DNA of 64,000 nucleotides from Dudresnaya verticillata (taxonomy: Eukaryota). Shown piece after piece: positions 12,901 to 23,538 of the stretch (position 1 is the first letter of the stretch; each line of letters opens with the position of its first letter). The translations under genes were made by a program, and so were the position numbers. Below the pieces are notes generated by a model. That model saw only the letters and a program-made list of their open reading frames with translations, was not told the origin of the DNA and did not search any database. The DNA lies in contig OZ374562.1 of the NCBI GenBank assembly GCA_977862235.1, forward strand, positions 2,542,001 through 2,606,000, in the 5' to 3' direction.

Positions 12901-14304
12901 ACGTTTGCAGACAAACCTAATGTAACAGCTACAGACTTGATTTGTTTTTATGTAAGAGGCCGGCAATGTAACAGACAATGCACACTCCACTTTTCATGAA
13001 GTGCATACATCGAGTGAAACTGTTTACGACCATTACCACACATCCTGGACGTTAGCAATTTTGGCGCTCTGTACGGATTCCTGACCACAAGGCAGGAGCG
13101 CATCATAACGCGCTCTAGCGTTCTAGTATGGATCTAGCCGTTCAGCAGATCTAGCGCTGTCTCCGATGGCGCGGAAGACATAAGAGATTTCTCCGAGACA
13201 CTACTGTATATTGAGTTTCCGAAGCGCATTCGAGAAAGGCCTTGCTGGGAACGGCGGCCGCATCGCGATGGTGCTGTGCTACGTATTTCGTTCCATGGCT
13301 ATGCTTTTCTTCCGTCGTGGAGATAGCGTGGCTTACTTGTGACCTTGACTTTGAGTAGTTAACAGCTGGTGCATACAACACTTGAATGCAATGAGGGTAT
13401 CGCCATGCAATGGTGCTAATTCAATTGCCAGTGTAGCAAACGGAAGCACACGCTTCACGGTCGCACTACACGAACGGCTGAGAACCGCGAACAACAGAGG
13501 TAGTGTTCAGACACTCCAGACCCTCCATTCGCACTATGACGGCTGCTTCCATAACGGCATGTCACATTGTCTACATATTGAATGCGGTTGTGTGCCCTGT
13601 TGCGAAGATTCGAGTCCGCTTCCGCACTGCAGTTGTTCCATCCATCCAGAACCTATATTTTATGTTAGCTATCTGTTATCCACATACTCAGCCCCAGACC
13701 CCAAACAGTATACCTCTATGTTGACAATACCTAGAGTCTGTAGTATAGCTATGCTTCTAGCTCTATACATAGAGTGTGCATGCCACGGAACTCGAACCGC
13801 TTTGTTAAATATTCTACGCTACAGCAGTAGCACTGAAACGGTTTCCGACCTCTTATTCTGCCGAACAAGGTCGAGACTACTTTGCCCGCACACATGCGCA
13901 GTTGCAACAGTTTCAACACCTATCTTTTAATGCAATGCCAACATGGTGTTAGACAAAGCGTTCTGCATCGAATGCGTCCTTCTGCATCTACAGGATGCAA
14001 TCCTGCAAGCCGACGCTGCGAACTTTACCATCTACACATCCTTCAACTTTATTTTTCCAGTCATGACCGGCCGCAGTTCTCTCACGCAGTTCTCTCACAC
14101 CGAATTGGTAGAACAAAGTTCCTTCCGTTCCGTACTTAAAGCCCTTAACGTCTCAATCGCAGTCCAAAATATTCCCACCCACCACACCCCCATCGCATCA
14201 CATCTACCTGTTATTACAGGTACAAACGTAGTCAAAAGAACTGCACAGGTAGGTACCCTGCCCCTTCATCAACTCTCCGTCGCCTACCAACTCAACAGCT
14301 CAAT

Positions 14305-14832
14305 ATGTTTACTCGATTTGTCCTTTTTGTGGCACTCGTGCTCCCGTATTTATGCTCTGCTGTCAGGTGCCCTCTCCGTGGTGTCTGTGTGCCGGATTAT
14401 ATTTGCCGTATCCAAGGCCGTCGGCCCTTGCACGGGAATTATTGTGGGCATCAGAGAGGCGTTGAATGCTGCCCCTACTTCAGGTACCGGTTTTGCTCTG
14501 TCGATCGAGGGCGTTTTCTCGACCGTGCACAAGGGGTTTGCCAACCTAGCTCTACATGCCGCGGAAAAGGTGCATACTCCGTCGAGACGTCACAATGCAG
14601 TTCTGGTCACTTTATTACATGCTGTGTTGGCTCCTCCATACTGCCATATCTACCTGGCCCTTCCAGTGATCCACGGTATCCATACAGAAAGGCTGTTTCT
14701 GCGACTCGTACAGGGACGTCCAAGGGGTCAGTGAGAGCACTTACTACGGCCGCCACGGAGACCACCACGAAGACTTTGGAAGACACCTCTGTGGGATTGG
14801 AAAGGCGTACCAAGGATACCATCCAGCACTAG
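14305..14832 (+). CDS. Identical copy of the secreted Cys-rich 175-aa gene
   Basis: Same translation as 4523..5050. Confidence 0.8.
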   Translation: MFTRFVLFVALVLPYLCSAVRCPLRGVCVPDYICRIQGRRPLHGNYCGHQRGVECCPYFRYRFCSVDRGRFLDRAQGVCQPSSTCRGKGAYSVETSQCSSGHFITCCVGSSILPYLPGPSSDPRYPYRKAVSATRTGTSKGSVRALTTAATETTTKTLEDTSVGLERRTKDTIQH

Positions 14833-14996
14833 AAGTGTACAGAGAGATCTCCTTTGCAGCCTACCAAAATGTCAAGGTTTCAGAAGGTACTGTTTGTGAG
14901 GCGGTTGAGAGTGAAGTCATAGAAGGTATGAATTTTGTATCGTCCATGTCTGTCAATGTTGGTAAGTATGTGGGCAGCATAGTGTGAAGATTTTTT

Positions 14997-16393
14997 GGAC
15001 GCATTCGATGCAGAACGCTTTGTCTAACACCATGTTGGCATTGCATTAAGAGATAGGTGTTGAAACTGTTGCAACTGCGCATGTGTGCGGGCAAAGTAGT
15101 CTCGACCTTGTTCGGCAGAATAAGAGGTCGGAAACCGTTTCAGTGCTACTGCTGTAGTGTAGAATATTTAACAAAGCGGTTCGAGTTCCGTGGCATGCAC
15201 ACTCTATGTATAGAGCTAGAAGCATAGCTATACTACAGACTCTAGGTATTGTCAACATAGAGGTATACTGTTTGGGGTCTGGGGCTGAGTATGTGGATAA
15301 CAGATAGCTAACATAAAATATAGGTTTTGGATGGATGGAACAACTGCAGTGCGGAAGCGGACTCGAATCTCCGCAACAGGGCACACAACCGCATTCAATA
15401 TGTAGACAATGTGACATGCCGTTATGGAAGCAGCCGTCATAGTGCGAATGGAGGGTCTGGAGTGTCTGAACACTACCTCTGTTGTTCGCGGTTCTCAGCC
15501 GTTCGTGTAGTGCGACCGTGAAGCGTGTGCTTCCGTTTGCTACACTGGCAATTGAATTAGTACCATTGCATGGCGATACCCTCATTGCATTCAAGTGTTG
15601 TATGCACCAGCTGTTAACTACTCAAAGTCAAGGTCACAAGTAAGCCACGCTATCTCCACGACGGAAGAAAAGAATAGCCATGGAACGAAATACGTAGCAC
15701 AGCACCATCGCGATGCGGCCGCCGTTCCCAGCAAGGCCTTTCTCTAATGCGCTTCGGAAACTCAATATACAGTAGTGTCTCGGAGAAATCTCTTATGTCT
15801 TCCGCGCCATCGGAGACAGCGCTAGATCTGCTGAACGGCTAGATCCATACTAGAACGCTAGAGCAGTTATGATGCGCTCCTGCCTTGTGGTCAGGAATCC
15901 GTACAGAGCGCCAAAATTGCTACGTCCAGAATGTGTGGTAATGGTCGTAAACAGTTTCTCTCGATGTATGCACTCCATGAAAACGGGGCTACCTTTATTG
16001 CCTCACAAAACCTATAGTGAAGTTATGCTCGGTCCATAGCAGCCAAGCAAGTTTTGTTAAGTATCACTTGCTACTGCACAACTGCTTTAGAGTGCAATGG
16101 GCTTACCGGACAAGATATTCGAATTGTATTCTATTACTATATACATTCTATCACACACGGGGTGTTACCTTTGCTTTTAGGATTCCGTATTGCTTGCTAT
16201 TGCTTGCTATTGCTTATTGCCTTTGCTTTCTCCATAGGCGACAGCGATATTGGTAAAACCCACAGAATTTATGTGTACAGTATGTATCGTTATTTCAAGT
16301 TCTCATACTGCAAGACAGTTCTCGGACGAACGGGAAATAGGCTGTGATTGTAGGGTTGGGCAACTCGGACCGGGATAAAGCGCTTCTCTTAAG
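14997..16393 (-). repeat. Inverted, slightly diverged partial copy of the tandem unit (unit positions ~2431-4197, lacking ~2836-3215)
   Basis: ggacgcattcgatgcagaacg is the reverse complement of 4177-4197. ORF 15046..15594(-) matches 3600..4148(+) with few substitutions. The distal part is more diverged. Confidence 0.95.
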
Positions 16394-16409
16394 CAGAAAC
16401 CATTGCTAT

Positions 16410-17290
16410 GTGTTGTTGTAATTTATTTGTTGTTTAACGTGGTCCTGCGTGGGCGACTTTGGCCCATTTGCTGGCACACGGTCGATTGATGGGCGGGGGG
16501 TTACTCACTATAGAATGGAGATGTGGTAGTGGGTGGGCATGTCTACTGGGTGGCATGCGGTGAGGGGTAGTCTTCGAAGCGTATACGACGGATGGCTCGC
16601 AATGCGCCGCAGACGCGGGCGGCGGCGGATGGGTCGGGGTCTTGGAGTGACAGAAGTGACAGCGTCTGTGCGTGCGGTCGCAGCGCGAGGCGGGCGGCTG
16701 GACAGCTGGGTGGGATCGGGAAAGTGCCCAGATGGCAGCGTTGGCTAGTTTCCTGCCTTTATGGTCCAGTTGCAGAACCAATGGTAGCCGGTGATGGCTG
16801 TAAACCGGTGCCATCCTTCTTCCTGATAACGCCATCATCCTTTCTCTTATTGCGAGTATTGTGGGTGACATACCTTGACATACCTTCGAACCCTACCATA
16901 AAGTTCCCCCATCTCTTGGCGTAGACTATCTTGGATGCCTGGATGTTGAAAGGTTGATAAAACCGCGAGTGTCCGACTTGGGTGCCATGAGGCTAGAGTG
17001 TTCTGCCGCTGGGTCAAGCAGAGGCTGTGAACGAGTTTGTGTTGTAGGGATCTTTGTCGCAATGTTGGGGACTCTAGTCTGTATAGGGCTCGTAGTTTGC
17101 GTAAGCGAGGTGCGCTAACCACTGGTGATGATGCTTGGGAGATGCACAGTCGGAAGAATTGTGCCTCGACTTTGTCAAGAGCTTGCGTTAGGCCTCGTGT
17201 GAGACAGAGTGGGACGAGTGCTAGTCCGTGTTCAATTATCGGACGTATGAAGACCGAGTAGACATATCGGGCGGCCACTATGAGATGTTT
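16410..17290 (-). mobile_element. 5'-truncated, disrupted non-LTR retrotransposon (post-RT thumb/C-terminal region)
   Basis: YVYSVFIRPIIEHGL resembles the LINE 'LYxxxIRPxLEYG' motif. The reading frame continues in ORF 16434..16871(-), followed by an A/CAA-rich 3' tail. Confidence 0.6.
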
Positions 17291-17836
17291 GATTTTTATG
17301 TTTGCGTAACGTGGTCTTGTGCGAGCGACGATGGCTCAAGCACAAAGCTATGTGCGATGAGGAGATGTTGTTGCTTAAACAAAGCCAATGCGCTGCTGGC
17401 TATTGCGCAATTTTCTTGTCCATTGGATACATGTGCACAGCACAAAGAGCACAGGCTACGAATTTTGATTGGCGGTGTGTAAGCAGCATGGATTGTGGCG
17501 TTCCATTGGCAGTCCCAGCGCTATTACAGCCAGAAGGAATTCTCGCGGCTACTTGAGATTCAATGCTTTTGAATTGCTGCGACCAATCAGAACCAGCGTC
17601 GGGCGCCATTCGGAAGACCGAGCAGCAACTGATACGATTACACTTGTTCGATTGTTATTGTCCATCCGGAGGCCAACCAATGCTCCCCACTTGCCATTTG
17701 AAACATCCAGCGCACCCACGTCACCGCAACGAACCCTGTCAAAACAAGTTCAACGACCTCGCGCGCGCCTCGCAATCCGCTCGCGCAACCGCAGCGCGCT
17801 CCGCGCCAGCCGCTCTCCCGCGCACCCCGTCCCGCC

Positions 17837-19981
17837 ATGCCGCCGCGCGCGTCGTCGTCCGGCCGGCCAGCCCCGCCGCCGCCGGCCGCGTCTGCCGCCG
17901 ACTCCGCGCCGCGGCAGCCGCGCAAGCCCCGCCCGACAAAGGTCCCGGCCGACTCGCTGCTGACCTTCAACACCTACACGCCGCCGCGCCCGTCGCGCGA
18001 CACGGACATCGCGCGCCAGCGGCGGCCCGCTGCGCCGCCGCTCCCGCCGCGCAGCCCCGACGCTTTCGTGCAGGCCAACTACCGCTTCGCCGTGTCCGCC
18101 GACGCCCTGTCCGACATTGCCGCCTGCACAGCCCTGCACGACGCCCCCGTCCCGTGGCACGCCGTTCAACTTGTCTTCGTCACGGGCTCGCACTCCTGCC
18201 CTATTTCTCTGCAGACTCTGCGCTGCCCGCGTATCACGCCCTGCGGCCATGTCTTCGAGTTCACCTGCATTTTGCAGCACCTGTTCTACAACGACCCCGA
18301 GGGCGACCTCACGCGAGACGTCGCGGCCAAGTGCCCCGTTTGCAGCTCCCGTATCGTGCAGAGCGATCTCAAGCCATGCGTGTTTCGGAGCCGTGATGTA
18401 CTGGAAGTCGGTGTGCCGTTTCGGATGCGGCTTGTCGCAAGGGACCGAGCCAGTATGATTGCCACGCTCTACCATGACCCCAACTGTGACTCCGTTCCGC
18501 ATGACGTTACCGCTGAGAGTCCACTCTACTCGCGGCTTGGCATTGCAAGTGATGCCTATCTCACCCAACTCGGAGATGACACCATCCGGGAGCTGCGCGG
18601 GGTGGGCCAGAATGATCCCAACATCAACTTTTTTGTCGACTGCGCTGTCCGCGAGGTTGAGGCCAAAGTTATTCCTATTCGATCGCGCCTTAAGGCCAAG
18701 CGCATGGCTTGTCTCCGGGAACGCCATGAAAGGAAACCGGCGAGACGAAGAGCGGAAAGAAAAGCCGAAGTCGAGGCGGACCGGAAAGCATTGTTGCAAA
18801 TCAAACAGAGATTTGAAGAGAAAGACAAACAGAAATTCGCACCAAGACTTGATCGTCACGCCGCACCCCATGCGCAATCCAAACCCGAACCCATAGCACA
18901 ACCCAGAGCCGAAGGCGAGGGCAAGCTTCCGAATGTGACACCACCCTACACTGAATCCAACCTCGAGCCTGCGCGCAATGCGGAATCCAATGCGAATCCC
19001 GATGAGACCGGCCGGAACATTATTCGAAACGCGAAAGTTACTCGAGTTTTCTATCAAGCCAGCGATACGCAGAATGTCTTTCTGCATCCGGTCAATCACC
19101 GCTGCCTCTCCACGGAGTTTGCGGCCGACTTCAGTCAGGCTCTCACTGACATCGCAGGTCCCGTCCTTGAGATCGAGCGCCATACAATGGATGCGATGCT
19201 CCGCAAGAAATATCGATTCCTCGATCACCTACCGGATGGCTGCGAGTTTGCGTTTGCAGAGCTCGACCTTAGTGCATTGCTCTCCGCGAGTACGCTGGAA
19301 TCCCACGCCGCTGAACTGCATGGGAGGAAGGTGAGTCGCAAGCGAAGGGAGAGTCTGGACAAGAGGGAATCCAGACGCATCGAGAAGAAGAAGACCGAGT
19401 CGCTGAAGTCCTATTTCGATACGCGGGGAGGCTGCTTGCCTGGTGGGCCACGAAATCCGGAGCGAATTGACAGTCGCGATGTTAATAGCTTTCCAGCGCT
19501 TAGTGGAGCTCGGGCAACCCAAGATGCGTGCCGGACAACTGGAGCTGCAGCCACAGATGAGGAGGGGGTGAGAGAAGCCGAACAAGCCAGTAGTGCGTCT
19601 ACTTCGGAGACGCGCGATGCATCTGGCGCATCCGATATATCAAGTTACTCTTCTGTCACTTCCAAGATGGGGCTGTTTCCTCCTCTCGAAACTTCTCCAG
19701 TCGGCTCTGTCCCTCGCCAACCTGCTTTCCCATCAATTGGGGAGGTAAGCTCGGAGGCGTCTGCCCCGCACACCAACCAACCATCAGTGTGGTTTCCAAG
19801 ATCCCCAGATACGCAGGCACGGGAGGCGCCACAGGAGTCAGTCCCGGAGCCCTTGGCCGGGTGCCGTGCACAAAGCGCAGTGGAACGGGATGCATTGCCT
19901 ACGGCATCACCGAGGAAAAGCAGGCGCTCTCAACGAAAAACAACGATTCTGTCAAACGCGGGCGTACCGTATCGCCGATAG
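17837..19981 (+). CDS. RNF10: RING finger protein RNF10/Mag2 homologue (714 aa, intronless)
   Basis: Family motifs FVQANYRFAV, RING-like CPISL..PRITPCGHVF..CILQH..KCPVC, FYQASDTQNVFLHPVN and LRKKYRFLDHLPDGCEFAFAELDL, plus a charged coil. Confidence 0.9.
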   Translation: MPPRASSSGRPAPPPPAASAADSAPRQPRKPRPTKVPADSLLTFNTYTPPRPSRDTDIARQRRPAAPPLPPRSPDAFVQANYRFAVSADALSDIAACTALHDAPVPWHAVQLVFVTGSHSCPISLQTLRCPRITPCGHVFEFTCILQHLFYNDPEGDLTRDVAAKCPVCSSRIVQSDLKPCVFRSRDVLEVGVPFRMRLVARDRASMIATLYHDPNCDSVPHDVTAESPLYSRLGIASDAYLTQLGDDTIRELRGVGQNDPNINFFVDCAVREVEAKVIPIRSRLKAKRMACLRERHERKPARRRAERKAEVEADRKALLQIKQRFEEKDKQKFAPRLDRHAAPHAQSKPEPIAQPRAEGEGKLPNVTPPYTESNLEPARNAESNANPDETGRNIIRNAKVTRVFYQASDTQNVFLHPVNHRCLSTEFAADFSQALTDIAGPVLEIERHTMDAMLRKKYRFLDHLPDGCEFAFAELDLSALLSASTLESHAAELHGRKVSRKRRESLDKRESRRIEKKKTESLKSYFDTRGGCLPGGPRNPERIDSRDVNSFPALSGARATQDACRTTGAAATDEEGVREAEQASSASTSETRDASGASDISSYSSVTSKMGLFPPLETSPVGSVPRQPAFPSIGEVSSEASAPHTNQPSVWFPRSPDTQAREAPQESVPEPLAGCRAQSAVERDALPTASPRKSRRSQRKTTILSNAGVPYRR

Positions 19982-20524
19982 CATCTGACACCCACCAAAC
20001 TGCTTTTTACGCCGATAAAGTATCTTGGCAGCATGGTGGGGTGTACATTTCGAACCATTGGTTTTCCGTCTCCCACGGAGGCACATTCTGTTCTGATCCT
20101 TGCTCACAGTCTATGGCCGAAGAAGGCTACGGCAAGGAATGTGGGAGTATATGGGGCGTATTGACTGGTGCTAAACACGCCCTCTGCAAATGCATTTTCA
20201 TTGCCAGCGCATAGGAGCAAAGCTAGTCCGCCTCTTCTGCAAAATGCTGCACCGCACCATTGAAGCTTAAACGCCTTCTCCATCCAAGTCAGCATTCCAT
20301 GTCGGAGACGCGTGCACTACCATCAATGGGCAACAAGTTGCGGACACGCATGCTGTCCTGCTGATTTTGGTTATGCGAATTGCCTGAGCAGTGGACACAC
20401 GTTCTGGGTTTATGAACAGGCGAACTGATGCACGACAGATATAGCGTGGGGCTGCTTAGCGTCTGAAACAAAATTGTTGGCACCCGGATGGTGTCTATGA
20501 AGAGCAACAGTCGAGGTTTATGAG

Positions 20525-20578
20525 CTCTCTCTCTCTCTCTCTCAGCACATACACACACACACACACAGACACACACAC
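20525..20578. repeat. Compound (CT)n/(CA)n microsatellite
   Basis: Directly visible. Confidence 0.95.
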
Positions 20579-20582
20579 CGTC

Positions 20583-21995
20583 TCAGACTGTACAACTGTT
20601 AGAAGGGGCCGGTTTGGGATGTGCAGTTGCTGTCGAAGGCAGCATGCCATTCTCGTCCAAGAGCTTGCGCAACCTGATGTTCTCCTTCCTCTATGAGACC
20701 TCTTCGTTTCTCAAGTCTTCCAGTTTCTTCCTCCAACATGAAACATCAGGCTCGAAGCCTTCCCGTCTTTCCTTTCTCTTCTTATGGACCGTCGAGCAGC
20801 AGCGCGATTTCGCTCGCGTCGCTGCTGCCATTTTAGTCGCCGCTGAGCAAGGCCCCTCGCAACTGCACTGTCACCGGGTAGGCCCTTTCGCCCTGGCTCG
20901 CAAGGTTCGTTTGATAATGCTCTGCTTCTGTCGTTGCTGCCGTGTTTTTGTGCCGGGTGCGCGGTTGTATGAAATTCCTGACGCGCGGTGCGTTGCTAAA
21001 GGAGAAGGAGGAAGGCTCGGATGGCATGAAAGCAAAAGGCCCTGAATACATCGATCCAACCACGAGCCATCATCCCTCGGGGCTTCCCTCTGTGCCTCGG
21101 AAGACTCAGACACAGTCTCATCTGCACCATTTCCGCAAACCATCGCAGAAAAGCACACATCATCACACGGCGTCACCTCTTGAAGCTCCTCTATGACAAC
21201 AGGTGCCGGCACTAGCGTCCGTATCCCCTGGGCGCCCTCGAGAGGCTTGCCCCACGCATCACAATTGTCAGACCCACGCACTTCGCCCCCTTGTTGACCC
21301 CGATCAACAAGCAAACGGCCATCACTAGCATACCGCACGGCAAGCACAGGTGGCCGCCCGGGGGGCACACTAGCCTCGCGAAGATGGGCTTGCACAACAC
21401 TTGCGGCAGCGTCCCGCACGAACTGGGGATCGAGCACGGGGCGCGTGGTCATGCGAGTGGCAAGTGTGACGCAGTGGCCAAAGCGGCCAAGAAGGAAGTG
21501 GTGCTTGCAGGCAATGGCCTCGCGCGCACCAACGGATAGGCGCATGGAGCGGGCTTTCCGGCGCGGGCATGGAGAAGGAACAGCCGGCCTCGGGCGGGAG
21601 AAGGTAGCCGTTGCAGGCATGGGCGTGTTCCTCGTGGTAGGCGAAGTTGCTGGGCGCTACATTTGTACTTGTGCTTGTGTGCGACAGGAAGACAATGTCG
21701 CTTCGGGGCAGCTCATCGACCTCTGCAACTGCGCGTGTGGCAGTGTCGCGAATGAAGCGGAGCGGGATGGTGTGCGTGAACGGGACGGGAGCCAGCGGGT
21801 GCAGTTGGACTGCGAAGGGGCGTGTGTGCGGCACAGCGCACGACGCCAAAGTGCGCGGTGCGGCTGTCGACCGCGAAGGCGCGCGCGCGGCGGCCGCGGC
21901 GGAGACGTGGCGCGACTCGGGCTCGGCGCGCGTCGGGAGCGCGCGCGGGAGCGCGCTGGTGCGGGTGAGGGTGGAGTTGCGCGTGATGGGATGGG
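20583..21995 (-). pseudogene. Pseudogenised paralogue of the 58931..60676 bZIP-like gene
   Basis: Segments in different frames align with the 581-aa protein: RAEPESRHV, RTAHFGVVR, PLRFIRD, AYHEEHAHAC, VTLATRMTTRPVLDPQFVRDAA, RRERNRAAARRS / KKRKERRE..EVS*RKENIRLRK. Several frameshifts and an in-frame TAG. Confidence 0.85.
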
Positions 21996-22649
21996 GGGCA
22001 GAGGCGGGCGGCAGTGTGCGAGAAGGGCTGTTTCCGTTGCGCGCGAGCGTGTTTGGCGATTAAAATCGGGGCGCGTCTTCGGTTGCGATTGGCCGATTGG
22101 AATTGCTTCGGGAAGCACTGCGGGGCGCGGGGTGACGGGCCCGGCGGGGCCGTGTTGGAGAGTGGACGCGGTAGGCGGCGCGCGCTCGGCGCCTCGCTTG
22201 TTCGGTGGGCTGCGCTGCGCCTTCGCCGCATCTCTTGTCCCGTTGTCGCAAAGCTTTGTGGTCTGGAAAGGTTCTCGAGGAGGCTACATGTCTGTCAACT
22301 TGAGCTCCTTCGAGCGCCAGTCCTTTTCCCTTTCAAATGCTCCCTCTGACCTTCTGAACAAAGCCCCCCTTCTCTCTTACAACTCGCGCATACTGTGATA
22401 TGACGCGCGTCTGCACAAGCTCTGCGCACTCTGCCGTTTGCATTGCGTACAGGCCATGGGCAGGCCTTCTTCAGCCTGGGGCTATCTTGGGATCGACGAC
22501 TCATTCAACCTGTTTGCTGTGCTGCACCGTCTTGCGGGTGGTTGCACTGAACCTTGCAACGCAATCGATAGAACACAGAGTGCGCCCAGAGATGCCATCC
22601 TTGCGGAGGATAGTGCCATACTACCTTGTCAAAATGAAACTGTGCGATT

Positions 22650-23538
22650 GGGTATACTCGGAGAGGATTGGCAGCGAGGCTTGAGCTCCAGCGATGGGCC
22701 TCAGCACCACCTCGCATGGTGTTCCGGGAAGCGCGCTGTGCCAGTGGGTGCGTATCCGATTAACTGGCGATGCAAGGGGCGAAAAGGAGAACGGCGGGTA
22801 GTGGTAGGTAAAGAGAAAGCGCAGGGCTTCGCCACTGTGGCTTGTGAGGGTTCTGTGCAGTTTCAGTCATGGCAGCGCGCAAACGGGAAGGCATGGAATT
22901 GCTGGAACAATTCCTTAAACAGCGACTCGTTGCCGCCTTTGCAGCGTTGCAAACGCCGATTCCGTGACGCGATGAAGCCGAAGGCAGCGGTCGGGCGATG
23001 AGGAGTGTTTAGTTTCGGCGAGCGACATTTGCAAGCTTTCCGAAAGCGGGCGCCACCCGGTCCGACGAAACCGCGGTGCAGGCAGCGGGTGGAAGTATCG
23101 AAGGCGCCGTAAGAGCCGCGACGGGCGCTTCGGTATCCCATGTCAGAGCTGCGAAGTCGCACTGTGTGGCAGCAGACCCGCGGTTTTCCCTCGCGACTGA
23201 TTGGGGGCCCTCGGCGCGGCGCCCAAAATCCTTTTCGCAGTGTGGTGTGCACCAACGAGAAACTGAGCAGCTTTTTCGGGTACTTTTGAAGGACATACGG
23301 GCCGCGGTGCTCCACTCGGGAAATGGGCTCCAAACCGAGCGACTGGCCGTGTTCTGCAGCTGCACCGAGCGAGGAAATATGACGGTAGAGCAGCGGTGCT
23401 GCAACAGATTGCCCGACAGAAGACCACCCACTACAGCCAATCAGCGAGACGGAGGCGCGGAACAACCAATCACAGGCTTCCAAACTGGCCCTCTTTCCCG
23501 TCCGAGATGACCCTATCAATTGTCCAACCGGGCGGTGA
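22650..23538 (+). repeat. Diverged copy of the 34310..35193 repeat segment
   Basis: Same ORF-track peptides (MQAAGGSIEGAVRAATG...). Homology ends at ggcggtgac. Confidence 0.9.

Larger units (their letters stand above)
1..14997 (+). repeat. Tandem array of 4,891-bp units (3 full units plus 324 bp; continues off the left edge)
   Basis: cggtatccatacagaaagg recurs at 1, 4892, 9783 and 14674, and all ORFs repeat with a 4891 offset. One SNP noticed (a>g at 10482). Identity ends after gaagattttttg at 14997. Confidence 0.98.

Noticed and set aside
1..14997. rDNA, CRISPR or LTR-retrotransposon explanation for the array
   Set aside because: No rRNA motifs, no short repeat-spacer periodicity, no gag/pol ORF or LTR structure.
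17750..19228. 492-aa minus-strand ORF
   Set aside because: Antisense shadow of the GC-rich RNF10 gene.
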